64,000 nucleotides of DNA, from NCBI GenBank assembly GCA_902615435.1, contig CACMOZ010000002.1, forward strand, positions 44,192 to 108,191, in the 5' to 3' direction. The notes beneath the pieces are model-generated. The model saw only the letters and a list, made by a program, of their open reading frames with translations, made no database searches and was not told the DNA's origin. This DNA is from an uncultured Pelagibacteraceae bacterium. GTDB taxonomy: Bacteria > Pseudomonadota > Alphaproteobacteria > Pelagibacterales > Pelagibacteraceae. The first letter of the stretch is position 1. Each line of letters opens with the position of its first letter. Both the position numbers and the translations under genes were made by a program. Shown here one piece after another: positions 35,622-46,268 of the stretch.

Positions 35622-36851
35622 ATGCAAAATCTAAGATATGTAGGAAATAATTTATTTGTTGAAAAACTGTCAATTAAGAATATTTTAAAAAAAAATAAAA
35701 CACCTTTTTATATTTATTCGGAGAGTCAAATTGCTTTCAATTTTTTAAAGTTTGCCAACACATTTAAAAAAACTGGTCCTTTAATTTGCTTTGCAGCGAA
35801 ATCTAATAGTAATTTAAATATACTAAGAGTACTTGGTAAATTAGGTGCTGGAGCCGATGTAGTTTCAGGAGGTGAATTATTAAAAGCCTTAAAAGCAGGT
35901 ATTAGGCCTAATAAAATTGTTTTTTCTGGGGTGGGTAAAACTGAAGAGGAACTTAAAATTGCAATTAACAAAAAAATATTATTAATCAATTGTGAGTCTG
36001 AAAGTGAAGCTAAATTAGTAAATAATTTAGCAAAAAAATTAAGAAAAAAGGTTTCAATAGGATTTAGACTAAATCCAAATGTTGATGCCAAAACACATAA
36101 AAAAATATCAACTGGTAAAGCTGAAAATAAATTCGGCTTATCGATTAAAAATTTTAAGGTTTTTCTAAAAACAGTAAAAACTTTTAAAAACGTAAAATTA
36201 GAAGCTTTAAGTGTGCATATCGGTAGTCAAATATTGAACGATACACCTTTTAGAAAAACTCTAAATGTAATGAGTAAATTAATAAAAGAATTAAAACTGA
36301 CTTTGAAATATGTCGATTTAGGTGGTGGTTTTGGTATTAATTATAGTGATAAAGAAAAACCAATTAATCTAAGTAAATATTCTAAACTGGTACATAATTT
36401 TTCTAAAAAGTTAAATTGTAAAATAATCTTTGAACCTGGAAGATCTATTATTGGTAATACTGGTCTCCTGATAAGTAAAATACAATTTATTAAAAAAGGT
36501 GCTAATAAAAACTTTATTATACTAGATGCTGGTATGAATGATTTTATGCGCCCTGCTTTGTATGAAGCTTTTCATAAAATTATTCCTATTTCTAAAAAAT
36601 CATCGAGAATGAAAGGTAAAATAGAATTTGTTGGACCAATATGTGAAACCACTTGCAAATTCGGAATTTATAAAAACTATCCTAAAATAAATGAAAATGA
36701 ATTTGTGGCTATAACTAATGTTGGAGCTTATGGTTCTTCTTTATCCTCAAATTATAATACAAGGCCGCTAGTTGCTGAAATTTTAATCAATAAAAATAAA
36801 CTTAAATATATAAGAAAGAAACAAAATTTACTTAAATTGATTAATTCTTAA
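35622..36851 (+). CDS. lysA: Diaminopimelate decarboxylase
   Basis: FAAKSN, DVVSGGE, HIGSQ, EPGR and GPICET motifs. Confidence 0.96.
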   Translation: MQNLRYVGNNLFVEKLSIKNILKKNKTPFYIYSESQIAFNFLKFANTFKKTGPLICFAAKSNSNLNILRVLGKLGAGADVVSGGELLKALKAGIRPNKIVFSGVGKTEEELKIAINKKILLINCESESEAKLVNNLAKKLRKKVSIGFRLNPNVDAKTHKKISTGKAENKFGLSIKNFKVFLKTVKTFKNVKLEALSVHIGSQILNDTPFRKTLNVMSKLIKELKLTLKYVDLGGGFGINYSDKEKPINLSKYSKLVHNFSKKLNCKIIFEPGRSIIGNTGLLISKIQFIKKGANKNFIILDAGMNDFMRPALYEAFHKIIPISKKSSRMKGKIEFVGPICETTCKFGIYKNYPKINENEFVAITNVGAYGSSLSSNYNTRPLVAEILINKNKLKYIRKKQNLLKLINS

Positions 36852-37558
36852 TGCAATTAATTAGATCATTAATTTTTAATATTTTTTTATACGTTGGTCT
36901 CATAACAATTTTTATTTTAGCTATACCAACGTTGGTTTTACCAAGTAAATTCACAATATTTTTTGGCAGATTGTCTGCAAAATATATAGTGCTAATTTTA
37001 AGAATAATCTTAAATACAAAGGTAATCTTTCATGGAACAGAAAATCTTAAGAAAGTAGATAGTTATTTTGTTGCTTCAGCTCATCAATCAATGTTTGAAA
37101 CTTTTGCTCTTCAAATACCCTTAGATGGTCCAATTTTTATTTTAAAAAAAGAGCTCCTTAATATTCCATTATTTGGATGGTATTTGAGAAAAATAGGTTC
37201 AATAGCAATTGTCAGAGAAACAACAACAAAAGAAAATTTAAATTTTTTTGATAAAGTGAAAGAAGAAGTTGAAAAAAGTAAAAGACCTCTTTTAATATTC
37301 CCCCAAGGAACAAGAGTAAAACTAGAAGATCAACTGCCCTTTAAAAAGGGGGTTGGCAGAATTTATAAAGCTCTAAATTTACCTTGTGTTCCTATAGCTC
37401 ATAATACTGGTAAAGTCTGGCCAAAAAATAGTTTTATGAAATATCCAGGTAATATTCATATTTCATTTTTAGAACCAATCTTACCGGGCAAAGAAAGTGA
37501 AGAATTTGTTAAAGATATAGAAAATAAAATTTACACTGAAATAAGAAAGTTCTCTTAA
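36851..37558 (+). CDS. plsC: 1-acyl-sn-glycerol-3-phosphate acyltransferase
   Basis: HQSMFE, KKEL and FPQGTR motifs. Confidence 0.9.
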   Translation: MQLIRSLIFNIFLYVGLITIFILAIPTLVLPSKFTIFFGRLSAKYIVLILRIILNTKVIFHGTENLKKVDSYFVASAHQSMFETFALQIPLDGPIFILKKELLNIPLFGWYLRKIGSIAIVRETTTKENLNFFDKVKEEVEKSKRPLLIFPQGTRVKLEDQLPFKKGVGRIYKALNLPCVPIAHNTGKVWPKNSFMKYPGNIHISFLEPILPGKESEEFVKDIENKIYTEIRKFS

Positions 37559-38455
37559 TTATTTTCTTCCAAATCCTGGCTTATCAGTGTCCTGGCCGGC
37601 TTCTATAATTTCTTTTCTTACTTTTTTAGTTGATGAAAAAATCTCTAAAAGCTTTTTACTATCCTTATTTTTTATAGCATCTTTAATTTCATTTAGACTC
37701 TTTAAGTAGTTGTCCAAAACTTTTAAGATATTTTCACTATTATCTATAAATATATCTTTCCACATTAAAGGGTCCGATGCTGCAATTCTTGTAAAATCTC
37801 TTAATCCACCTGCACTATATTGAATGACATCGTCCTTAAATTTGTCCTCTTTGTTAATTGCTGTTTTTACAATACTGTAAGCTACAGCATGTGGTAAATG
37901 GCTGGTTAATGATAAAACATAATCATGATCTTCAAATGTCATACGTTTAGTCTTGCTTCCAAGCTTTGACCAAAAATTTTCTAAAGATTTTATCTTATCT
38001 TCGGCTACCTTTTTATCAGCAGATATTATGCACCATCTATTTTTAAATATACTTGCAAAACCTGCCTCGGGACCACTGTATTCTGTTCCAGCTATAGGAT
38101 GTGAAGCAATCCAATTTACATTTTTAAGATTTAAATTGCTGATAATTTTATTCACTTCTTTTTTTGCGGAACCTGTATCGGTTAAAATTACATTTTCTTT
38201 CAAACTAGTATGAATAGATAAAAGTATTTCTTTATAGCTACTCAAAGGAGAAGCAATCACTACTAAATCTGAGTCCTTAACAACATCTGAAATGTTGCTG
38301 CAAATTTCAACTGAAAAGTTCTTTTTTAAATAATCAATAACTTTAGATGATTTATCGTAAGCACTTATTATAGTTGCTAATTTTTTTTCTTCTACTGCTC
38401 TCAAAATAGAAGAGCCAATTAAACCACATCCAATTATACTTATTTTATTAAACAT
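37559..38455 (-). CDS. tyrA: Prephenate/cyclohexadienyl dehydrogenase
   Basis: GCGLIGSS, DTGSAK, HPIAGTE, SHLPH and GLRDFTRIA. Confidence 0.93.
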   Translation of the reverse strand: MFNKISIIGCGLIGSSILRAVEEKKLATIISAYDKSSKVIDYLKKNFSVEICSNISDVVKDSDLVVIASPLSSYKEILLSIHTSLKENVILTDTGSAKKEVNKIISNLNLKNVNWIASHPIAGTEYSGPEAGFASIFKNRWCIISADKKVAEDKIKSLENFWSKLGSKTKRMTFEDHDYVLSLTSHLPHAVAYSIVKTAINKEDKFKDDVIQYSAGGLRDFTRIAASDPLMWKDIFIDNSENILKVLDNYLKSLNEIKDAIKNKDSKKLLEIFSSTKKVRKEIIEAGQDTDKPGFGRK

Positions 38456-39530
38456 TTAATATTTTTTTCATTTTGGAAATCAATTTTCTATTTTCTTCAC
38501 TTTTCCCAATCGTAATTCTTAATGAATTCTTAATACCATAAACATCCATTTTACGAACTAAAATTCCTGCGTTCGCTAATAATTTAAAAACTCTTGATGA
38601 ATTAATTTTTACTTTATCAAAATTTACTAATAAAAAATTGCTATAGCTTCTATTAGTTTCAATTTTCATTTTTTTAAATTCATTAAACATTTTTTTATTC
38701 CAGTTATTAACGTATTTAATTTCTTTATTTAACCAAGCACTATCTTTTACTGCGGCAGATGCGGCAAACAAAGCTGCTTTGTTTACATTAAAAGGTGGCT
38801 TAATTTTATTTAACGTATCAATAATTTCTTTTGATCCATATCCCCACCCCACTCTCAATCCTGCTAGACCATAGATTTTTGAAAATGTTCTTGTCATTAC
38901 CACATTTTTAAAGTTAGAAAATAATTTTAAAGCTGAAGAATAATTTTTTTGTTTTACATATTCAAAATAAGCATCATCAACTACTAACAAAATATTGCTT
39001 CGTAGTTTTTTTCGTAAAAACAACAAATCTTTTTTTGCAACATAGGTCCCGGTTGGATTATTTGGATTTGCCAAAAATACAACTTTTGTCTTAGTAGTTA
39101 CTTTTTTTAAAATATCTTTTACTGAAACTGTAAAATTATTTTCATTTGAATAAATAACTTTTGCACCATTCATTTTGCTATAAATTCTATAAATAATAAA
39201 ACTATACCTAGGCACAATTACCTCGTCACCTTTTTTTAGGTATGCTTTACAGATTAATTCAAAAATTTGATCTGAACCTGATCCCAAAATAATTCTATTT
39301 TTGTCTAGTTTAAATTTTTTTGATAAAGTTTCTCTTAAGAAAGTGCCATTGGTGTCAGGATATCTCGCAAAACTTTTTGATACTTTTATATATTCTTTTT
39401 TTGCTTTTGGACTAGGCCCAAGCGCGGACTCATTAGCTGATAATTTTATCTTAGCTAATCTATTTTTAAATACGCTCATTCCTACTACGTATTTTTCAGT
39501 TATTATGTTATTTGGCTTAGGTAATCTCAT
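38448..39530 (-). CDS. hisC: Histidinol-phosphate aminotransferase
   Basis: KLSANE, NPNNPTG, DDAY and RTFSKIYGLAGLRVG. Confidence 0.95.
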   Translation of the reverse strand: MRLPKPNNIITEKYVVGMSVFKNRLAKIKLSANESALGPSPKAKKEYIKVSKSFARYPDTNGTFLRETLSKKFKLDKNRIILGSGSDQIFELICKAYLKKGDEVIVPRYSFIIYRIYSKMNGAKVIYSNENNFTVSVKDILKKVTTKTKVVFLANPNNPTGTYVAKKDLLFLRKKLRSNILLVVDDAYFEYVKQKNYSSALKLFSNFKNVVMTRTFSKIYGLAGLRVGWGYGSKEIIDTLNKIKPPFNVNKAALFAASAAVKDSAWLNKEIKYVNNWNKKMFNEFKKMKIETNRSYSNFLLVNFDKVKINSSRVFKLLANAGILVRKMDVYGIKNSLRITIGKSEENRKLISKMKKILNV

Positions 39531-39589
39531 TAATTAATGTAATATCTAAATTGTTCGAGTTTTTCTAGAAGTCTTTATCTTATATAAAA

Positions 39590-39618
39590 TTGACAAGTTT
39601 GTGATGATCTAGTAAATA
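39590..39618 (+). promoter_or_regulatory. Putative sigma70 promoter of the metX leader
   Basis: TTGACA-N17-TAAATA ending a few nt before the riboswitch. Confidence 0.55.
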
Positions 39619-39622
39619 GATA

Positions 39623-39674
39623 TCGCGCTGATTTAACCATATTGCAAGCGCATAACAAATTTAGCTAAAAAGGG
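39623..39674 (+). ncRNA. SAM-II riboswitch aptamer
   Basis: TCGCGCTGATTTAACCATATTGCAAGCGCATAACAAATTTAGCTAAAAAGGG closely matches the marine metX SAM-II aptamer (from memory); lies upstream of metX. Confidence 0.93.
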
Positions 39675-39678
39675 AGAT

Positions 39679-39704
39679 GCCCAGTTTAGCTGGGCTTTTT
39701 TTTT
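39679..39704 (+). terminator. Intrinsic terminator forming the riboswitch expression platform
   Basis: GCCCAG-TTTAG-CTGGGC followed by T9, ending 2 nt before the metX ATG. Confidence 0.85.
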
Positions 39705-39706
39705 GG

Positions 39707-40846
39707 ATGAATAGAAAATTTGAGAATATAAATAAGATTACTATAAATAAACCACTCAAGCTTGATTGTGGAAAAACCGTTAAGAATTTTCCTCTAGCCT
39801 ATGAAACCTACGGAAAACTTAATGAAAATAAAGATAACGCTATTTTAGTATTCCACGCTTTAACGGGCGATCAATTTGTAACTGGCACTAACCCTGTAAC
39901 AAATAAAGATGGCTGGTGGGTCACTGCTGTTGGTCCTGGCAAGGCTATTGATACAGATAAATATTTTGTGATTTGCGCAAATGTAATTGGTGGATGTATG
40001 GGATCTCTTGGACCAAAAGATACAAATCCTGAAAACAACCAGCCTTACGGTTTAGATTTTCCAGTTATTACCATTAAAGATATGGTGAAAGCACAAGAGT
40101 CTTTACTGGAACACCTTGGTATAAAAAAACTTTTATGCGCTACTGGCGGATCAATGGGCGGAATGCAGTTATTACAATTTTGCGCAACATTTCCTGATAA
40201 AGCTTTTTCAGCTGTTCCGATAGCTTGTAGTTCAAGTCATAGTGCACAAAATATTGCACTTAACGAACTAGCACGCCAAGCTATAATGGCTGACCCTGTT
40301 TGGGATAATGGAAAATATGTATCAAAAAATGTGCAGCCTAAAAATGGCTTAGCAGTTGCACGAATGGTTGGTCATATAAGTTATTTATCTGAAAAAGGTA
40401 TGCAGGAAAAATTCGGAAGAAAATTACAAGAAAAAGCAGATTACGAATTTAGTTTTAACGCAGATTTTCAGGTGGAAAGTTATTTAAGACATCAAGGTTA
40501 TGCTTTTGTGGAAAGATTTGATGCAAATTCAATTCTTTATATAACTAGAGCAATGGATTATTTTGATCTTTCTAAGCAGTTTAAAGGTGGTTTAGTTGAA
40601 GCTTTTAAAAATCAAAACACGAAATTTCTAGTAATATCATTTTCTTCTGACTGGCTTTATACAACAAAAGAAAATAAGGACATAGTAATTGCATTAAATG
40701 CATCTGGTGCTGATGTTTCTTATTCAGAAATAGTAACAGATAAAGGCCATGACTCCTTCTTGCTAAATGAACCAGAATTTTTAAAAACTCTTAAAGGTTT
40801 TATAGACTCAATGTACGAAAAATTTAAAAATGAAAAAAGAATTTAA
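39707..40846 (+). CDS. metX: Homoserine O-acetyltransferase
   Basis: HALTGD, GGSMGG, SSDWLY and GHDSFL; start moved from 39677 (inside the leader) to 39707. Confidence 0.95.
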   Translation: MNRKFENINKITINKPLKLDCGKTVKNFPLAYETYGKLNENKDNAILVFHALTGDQFVTGTNPVTNKDGWWVTAVGPGKAIDTDKYFVICANVIGGCMGSLGPKDTNPENNQPYGLDFPVITIKDMVKAQESLLEHLGIKKLLCATGGSMGGMQLLQFCATFPDKAFSAVPIACSSSHSAQNIALNELARQAIMADPVWDNGKYVSKNVQPKNGLAVARMVGHISYLSEKGMQEKFGRKLQEKADYEFSFNADFQVESYLRHQGYAFVERFDANSILYITRAMDYFDLSKQFKGGLVEAFKNQNTKFLVISFSSDWLYTTKENKDIVIALNASGADVSYSEIVTDKGHDSFLLNEPEFLKTLKGFIDSMYEKFKNEKRI

Positions 40847-41423
40847 AGTAATTGCTGATTTATTACCAAACAACTCAAGAGTTTTAGATGTTGGTTGTGG
40901 AGATGGATCTCTAATGAATTTCCTTAAAGAGGAAAAAAATATAGAAGTTCGTGGATTGGAACTTAATCAAGAGAATGTACAAAAGTGCATAAACAAAGGT
41001 TTGCCGGTTATACAAGGAAACGCTGAAACCGAACTTCATCAATTCCCTAATCAATCTTTTGACTATGTTGTACTTAGCCAAACTTTACAAGCTTTTTATG
41101 AGCCAGAAAAAGTTTTAAAAAATCTTTTGAGAATAGGTAAAGCAGTAATTGTTTCCATTCCAAATTTTGGGTACTGGAAAGTAAGAGTAAAACTTTTATT
41201 TTTTGGTGAAATGCCGGTTACAAAAACATTGCCAAATACATGGTATAACACTCCTAACTTACATATGTGCACTATTAAAGATCTATTTAATTTTTGTGAT
41301 GAAAAAAATATAAACATCAAAAAAGTTGTTGGAGTTAGTGAAGATAAAACTTCATTGATAAAAAAAAGTAATTTAGAAATAAAAAATCTCTTTTCAAAAT
41401 TAGGGATTTTTTTAATAGGATAA
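40830..41423 (+). CDS. metW: Methionine biosynthesis protein MetW
   Basis: [15 protein letters not shown] and WYNTPNLH; follows metX. Confidence 0.93.
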   Translation: MKKEFKVIADLLPNNSRVLDVGCGDGSLMNFLKEEKNIEVRGLELNQENVQKCINKGLPVIQGNAETELHQFPNQSFDYVVLSQTLQAFYEPEKVLKNLLRIGKAVIVSIPNFGYWKVRVKLLFFGEMPVTKTLPNTWYNTPNLHMCTIKDLFNFCDEKNINIKKVVGVSEDKTSLIKKSNLEIKNLFSKLGIFLIG

Positions 41424-42182
41424 ATGATAATAGAAATTATTCCATGTTTAAGTGACAATTACAGTTATTTAATTCATGAGAAAGAAACAGGCACAATTTC
41501 AATAGTAGATCCGTCTGAATTTAACGCCTGTGATAAAATAATTAGTAAATATAAAAAGTTAGATTTTATTTTAAATACTCATCATCATGCTGATCATGTT
41601 GGTGCTAACCTTGAACTTAAAAAAAAATATAACTCAAGAATTTTAGGCTCAAACCTAGATAAAAATCGTATTCCAGGGATAGATATAATGCTTAAAGAAA
41701 ATCAAAAGCACAAAATTGGAAATTTAGAATTTGAAGTAATTTTTATTCCAGGTCATACCAAGGGTCACATTGCTTTTTTCTTTAAAAAGAAAAAAATCGC
41801 TTTTACTGGAGATACATTATTTTCTTTAGGATGTGGTAGAGTATTTGAAGGCACTCATGAAGAAATGTTTAGTTCTTTGAACAAAATAAAAAATCTTCCT
41901 CCTGATACAAAAATATATTGTGGGCATGAGTACACAAATTCAAATTTAAATTTCTGTTTAAAGTATGATCCAAAAAACACCTATTTAAAAGATAAAAAAA
42001 ATGACATCAAAAAAAAACTAAACTCTAACCAGCCGACTATTCCGTCTACTTTAGCTGATGAAATTAAAACGAATATTTTCCTTAGGTGTGATGACCCCGA
42101 AATAAAGCAAGGCTTGGGCTTAAAAGATTCATCCAATGTTGAAGTTTTTTCAAAATTACGAGATTTAAAGGACTCTTTTTAG
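41424..42182 (+). CDS. gloB: Hydroxyacylglutathione hydrolase (glyoxalase II)
   Basis: THHHADH, PGHT, GDTLFSLGCGR and CGHEYT. Confidence 0.95.
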   Translation: MIIEIIPCLSDNYSYLIHEKETGTISIVDPSEFNACDKIISKYKKLDFILNTHHHADHVGANLELKKKYNSRILGSNLDKNRIPGIDIMLKENQKHKIGNLEFEVIFIPGHTKGHIAFFFKKKKIAFTGDTLFSLGCGRVFEGTHEEMFSSLNKIKNLPPDTKIYCGHEYTNSNLNFCLKYDPKNTYLKDKKNDIKKKLNSNQPTIPSTLADEIKTNIFLRCDDPEIKQGLGLKDSSNVEVFSKLRDLKDSF

Positions 42183-42247
42183 CTTCAATAATCTTGACTT
42201 GTTAGTACTGAGGGCTATATTGCGTGGAAATTAAAAAAAGAGATTTT

Positions 42248-42655
42248 ATGTCATTTGCAATAATTGAAACTGGTGGAAAACAATACAAAGTAACCGCAAG
42301 TAAAATATTAGAAATAGAAAAACTTAACGCTAAAGTTGGTGAAACTATTAAATTTGATAATGTTTTACTTTTAAACGACGATAAAAACACAGAGATTGGA
42401 AGTCCTAAAGTTGACGGAGCTAAAGTAGAAGCTAAACTTTTAGATAATGTCAAAGATAGAACAATATTAATTTTTCATAAAAGAAGAAGAAAACATTCAA
42501 GAAAAAAGAATGGCCATAGACAACGTCACTCTAAAATACAAATAACAAAAATTTTAGCTAAAGGTGGAAAAGTTATAGACGAAGCTAAAATTGTTGAAAA
42601 AAAGAAATCTGTAAAAGAAGAGAAAAAAGTTATAAAAAAGGTAGCAAAAAAATAG
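42248..42655 (+). CDS. rplU: 50S ribosomal protein L21
   Basis: FAIIETGGKQYKV and GHRQ; ATG at 42248; TTGACT-N16-TATATT promoter-like motif upstream. Confidence 0.96.
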   Translation: MSFAIIETGGKQYKVTASKILEIEKLNAKVGETIKFDNVLLLNDDKNTEIGSPKVDGAKVEAKLLDNVKDRTILIFHKRRRKHSRKKNGHRQRHSKIQITKILAKGGKVIDEAKIVEKKKSVKEEKKVIKKVAKK

Positions 42656-42663
42656 GAAATTAA

Positions 42664-42918
42664 ATGGCAACTAAAAAAGCAGGTGGATCATCGAAGAACG
42701 GCCGAGATAGTAAAGGTAGACGTCTTGGAGTAAAAAAGTATGGAGATCAAGTAGTGGTACCCGGAAACATAATAGTTAGGCAAAGAGGTACGAAAATTCA
42801 TCCTGGTGATAATGTTGGTATGGGTAAAGACCACTCAATTTTTTCTTTAATAAAAGGAAAAGTAAAATTCAAAAAATCTAAATTAAACAGAACTTTTGTT
42901 TCTGTAATCCCCAATTAA
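42664..42918 (+). CDS. rpmA: 50S ribosomal protein L27
   Basis: [16 protein letters not shown]...RLGVK...IIVRQRG. Confidence 0.97.
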   Translation: MATKKAGGSSKNGRDSKGRRLGVKKYGDQVVVPGNIIVRQRGTKIHPGDNVGMGKDHSIFSLIKGKVKFKKSKLNRTFVSVIPN

Positions 42919-42958
42919 ATCTATATAAATAAACTTAGTTATTTATATTATAATAAGA

Positions 42959-43942
42959 ATGAAATTTTTAGATCAAGCAAAGATTTATATTAAAGCTGGA
43001 AATGGTGGGTCAGGTTCTGCAAGCTTTAGAAGAGAAAAGTTTGTGGAATATGGTGGACCAGATGGAGGCGATGGTGGAGATGGAGGGTCTATAATTGTTC
43101 AATCTGATAGAAACCTCAATACGTTAATTGATTTCAGGTATGCTCAACATTTTAAAGCTCAACATGGGAAACCTGGAAGCAAAAGAAATAAAACTGGAGC
43201 TAATGGAGAAGACTTGATTTTAAAAGTGCCTTTAGGGACTCAAGTATATGAAGAAGATAATAATACATTAATTTATGACTTTACCAAGAATAAAGAAAAA
43301 TATCTTGTGGCAACAGGTGGTAAGGGTGGACTTGGAAACGTAAGATTTAAAAGTTCTACAAATAGAGCGCCAAGAAAAAAAACTAATGGGAAATTAGGTG
43401 AAGAATTTTGGATATGGCTTCAATTAAAAGTAATTGCTGACATTGGAATTATTGGTAAGCCAAATGCTGGTAAATCTAGTTTGCTTGCAGCATTAACAAG
43501 AGCTAAGCCAAAAATAGCTAACTATCCATTTACAACAATAAATCCAAATTTAGGAGTGTCTTACTATGGAGGGAAAGAGATTACTTTAGCTGACATTCCA
43601 GGTTTAGTAGAAGGTGCACATAAAGGTGTTGGTCTTGGAGATAAATTCTTAAGACATATAGAAAGATGTAAAATTTTACTTCACTTAATAGACTTATCAG
43701 AAGATGACTTATTAAATTCTTATAAGAAAATTAAATCAGAGTTATCTAATTATGATAAAGATTTAATAAAAAAGAAAGAAATCATTTTTTTCAATAAATC
43801 AGATTTATTAGATGAAAATGAGATTAATGAAAAATTAAAAGAATTTAGAAAAAAAATCAAAACTAAATATGAAATTGTATCTGTTCATTCTAACAAAGAT
43901 CTTCAAAAAATTAAAAAATTATTGATAAAATATGCTAATTAA
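42959..43942 (+). CDS. obgE: GTPase Obg/CgtA
   Basis: Gly-rich Obg fold; GKPNAGKS, YPFTT, DIPG and NKSD. Confidence 0.96.
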   Translation: MKFLDQAKIYIKAGNGGSGSASFRREKFVEYGGPDGGDGGDGGSIIVQSDRNLNTLIDFRYAQHFKAQHGKPGSKRNKTGANGEDLILKVPLGTQVYEEDNNTLIYDFTKNKEKYLVATGGKGGLGNVRFKSSTNRAPRKKTNGKLGEEFWIWLQLKVIADIGIIGKPNAGKSSLLAALTRAKPKIANYPFTTINPNLGVSYYGGKEITLADIPGLVEGAHKGVGLGDKFLRHIERCKILLHLIDLSEDDLLNSYKKIKSELSNYDKDLIKKKEIIFFNKSDLLDENEINEKLKEFRKKIKTKYEIVSVHSNKDLQKIKKLLIKYAN

Positions 43943-45023
43943 AAATTCAAATAAAATAGTTCTAAAACTTGGATCTGCAACTGTAATTGACAGTAAAGGT
44001 ATTTTCAAAAAAAAATGGGTAACTTCTCTTATTAAAGATATAAAAAAATATGGAAAAGGAAAAAACTTTGTAATTGTCTCATCAGGTGCAATCGCTCTTG
44101 GACAAAAATACCTAAAGATTAAAAAAGGAAAAATTAAATTAGAAATGAGCCAAGCTATTGCAGCAGTTGGCCAAATTCACCTTGCAGGAGAATTTCAAAA
44201 ACTATTTGATAAATATAAAATTAAAACTGGTCAAATTTTAATTAGCCCAGATGATACCGAGCAAAGAAGAAGAGCTATTAATGTAAAAAGGACATTCGAT
44301 AATTTATTTAAACTTAAAGCTATCCCTGTAGTGAATGAAAATGATTCAACAGCAACTAGTGAAATAAAATATGGGGATAATGATAGACTAGCCGCACGAG
44401 TAGCTCAAATTATTGGAGCAGATATGCTGATTCTATTTTCTGATGTTGATGGACTATACGATAAATCAAAAGGGAAAAAAATTTTAAGACAAGTAACTTC
44501 AATTAATGAAAAAATAATGTCTTTGATAGATAACAAAAGAAACAAATTTGGTTCAGGTGGAATTGCTACAAAGTTGGATGCCGCTAAAATTTGTATGAAT
44601 TCAGGCAGCCATATGTTTATTGCTAATGGTAAAGTAAATAATCCAATTGCAAATATGATTAAAAATAAAAAATATACTCATTTCTTGCCAAAAATTTCTA
44701 CATTAGACGCTAGAAAAAAATGGATTATCGGTTCTCTTAATTACAATGGAACTATTCATATTGATAATGGAGCAGCTAAAGCTTTATCAAATGGTAAAAG
44801 CTTGCTCGCAGCTGGCATAACTAAGATTAATGGAAATTTCAAAAAAGGAGAAAATGTAATAATCTTAGATCAAAATGATAATCAACTGGCTCGTGGACTG
44901 TCATCATTTAGCTCTGTTGAAATAGATAAAATTAAAGGCAAACAAAGTAGAGAGATAGAAAAAATTCTTGGTTATTTAAGTAAAACTGAAGTCATTCATA
45001 AAGATGATATGGTATTATTATAA
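43932..45023 (+). CDS. proB: Glutamate 5-kinase
   Basis: KLGS, SSGA, NEND, GDNDRLAA and C-terminal PUA domain. Confidence 0.95.
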   Translation: MLIKNSNKIVLKLGSATVIDSKGIFKKKWVTSLIKDIKKYGKGKNFVIVSSGAIALGQKYLKIKKGKIKLEMSQAIAAVGQIHLAGEFQKLFDKYKIKTGQILISPDDTEQRRRAINVKRTFDNLFKLKAIPVVNENDSTATSEIKYGDNDRLAARVAQIIGADMLILFSDVDGLYDKSKGKKILRQVTSINEKIMSLIDNKRNKFGSGGIATKLDAAKICMNSGSHMFIANGKVNNPIANMIKNKKYTHFLPKISTLDARKKWIIGSLNYNGTIHIDNGAAKALSNGKSLLAAGITKINGNFKKGENVIILDQNDNQLARGLSSFSSVEIDKIKGKQSREIEKILGYLSKTEVIHKDDMVLL

Positions 45024-46265
45024 ATGAATTATTTAGAAACAGTCGGTAAAAATGCGAAAAAAGCCTTTGAAGATTTAAAGAATGTTAAACATAAAAAAAT
45101 AAAAAAAGTTTTAGATAATTACAATCAATCTCTTCTAAAAAATTCAAATAAGATAATCAGAGAAAATTTAAAAGACGTAAAAAATGTTAAAAGAAAACAT
45201 TTAGTTGACAGACTTATTTTAAATAAAAAGAGAATAGAAGGTATTAGACACTCAATAAATGAAATAGCAAAGTTTAAAGACCCGGTTGGAAAAGTTCTAG
45301 AAACATGGCGCAGACCAAATAATTTAACTATTAAGAGAGTTACAACTCCAATTGGTGTCATAGGAGTAATATATGAAAGCAGACCTAATGTAACTGCTGA
45401 TGTAGCAGCATTATGTTTAAAATCGGGAAACTGTTCTATTTTGAGAGGTGGATCTGAAGCTTTCAATTCAAATAGATTATTAGCTAATTTGTTTAGAGAT
45501 AATTTACGAAAAAATAATATCAATCAAAACTGTGTTCAATTTATTGAAAATAAAAGTAGAAAAATAGTAGATCAATTATTATCAAAAATGAGTGCATACA
45601 TTGATGTAATTGTACCAAGAGGAGGAAAAGGACTTGTAGCAAAAGTACAAAAATTTTCTAACGTACATGTAATTGGTCATCTCGAGGGGCTGTGCCACAT
45701 TTATGTTGATAAGACCTCAAATTTAAAAATGGCAAAAAATTTAATTGTGAACGCTAAGATGAGAAGAACAAGTATATGTGGAGCAGTTGAAACTCTTTTA
45801 ATCGAAGAAAAAGCTTTAAGCTCACATGCTAAAGAAATAGTCAAAGCTCTAATCGACTCAGGTTGTGAAGTAAGAGCAGATAGTAAAGTTAATAAAATAT
45901 TTAATGGGAAATTAAAAGTAGCCAAAGAAAAAGATTGGAGAACAGAATACCTAGATGCAATTATTTCAATTAAGGCAGTTAAAAATGTAAAACACGCTGT
46001 CAAACATATTTTAAAATATGGCACTATGCATACCGATAGTATTATCACCAATAGTAAAAAAAATGCTGAAATATTTTTAAATGGTGTCAATAGCTCAATA
46101 GCAATGCATAATGTTTCAACTCAATTCGCTGATGGAGGGGAATTTGGTTTTGGAGGAGAAATTGGTATTTCTACTAACAAACTTCCCCCTAGAGGTCCTG
46201 TAGGAATAAATCAGCTAACATCATACAAATATCTTGTATCTGGGAAAGGAATTGTTAGACCATAG
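45024..46265 (+). CDS. proA: Gamma-glutamyl phosphate reductase
   Basis: IYESRPNVT, ICGAVET and FADGGEFGFGGEIGIST. Confidence 0.96.
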   Translation: MNYLETVGKNAKKAFEDLKNVKHKKIKKVLDNYNQSLLKNSNKIIRENLKDVKNVKRKHLVDRLILNKKRIEGIRHSINEIAKFKDPVGKVLETWRRPNNLTIKRVTTPIGVIGVIYESRPNVTADVAALCLKSGNCSILRGGSEAFNSNRLLANLFRDNLRKNNINQNCVQFIENKSRKIVDQLLSKMSAYIDVIVPRGGKGLVAKVQKFSNVHVIGHLEGLCHIYVDKTSNLKMAKNLIVNAKMRRTSICGAVETLLIEEKALSSHAKEIVKALIDSGCEVRADSKVNKIFNGKLKVAKEKDWRTEYLDAIISIKAVKNVKHAVKHILKYGTMHTDSIITNSKKNAEIFLNGVNSSIAMHNVSTQFADGGEFGFGGEIGISTNKLPPRGPVGINQLTSYKYLVSGKGIVRP

Positions 46266-46268
46266 TTA

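Noticed and set aside
39677-39706. In-frame N-terminal extension [10 protein letters not shown] of metX
   Set aside because: It spans the terminator hairpin and T-tract, and its ATG directly abuts the AGGGAG run, too close to serve as an SD; ATG 39707 is preferred.
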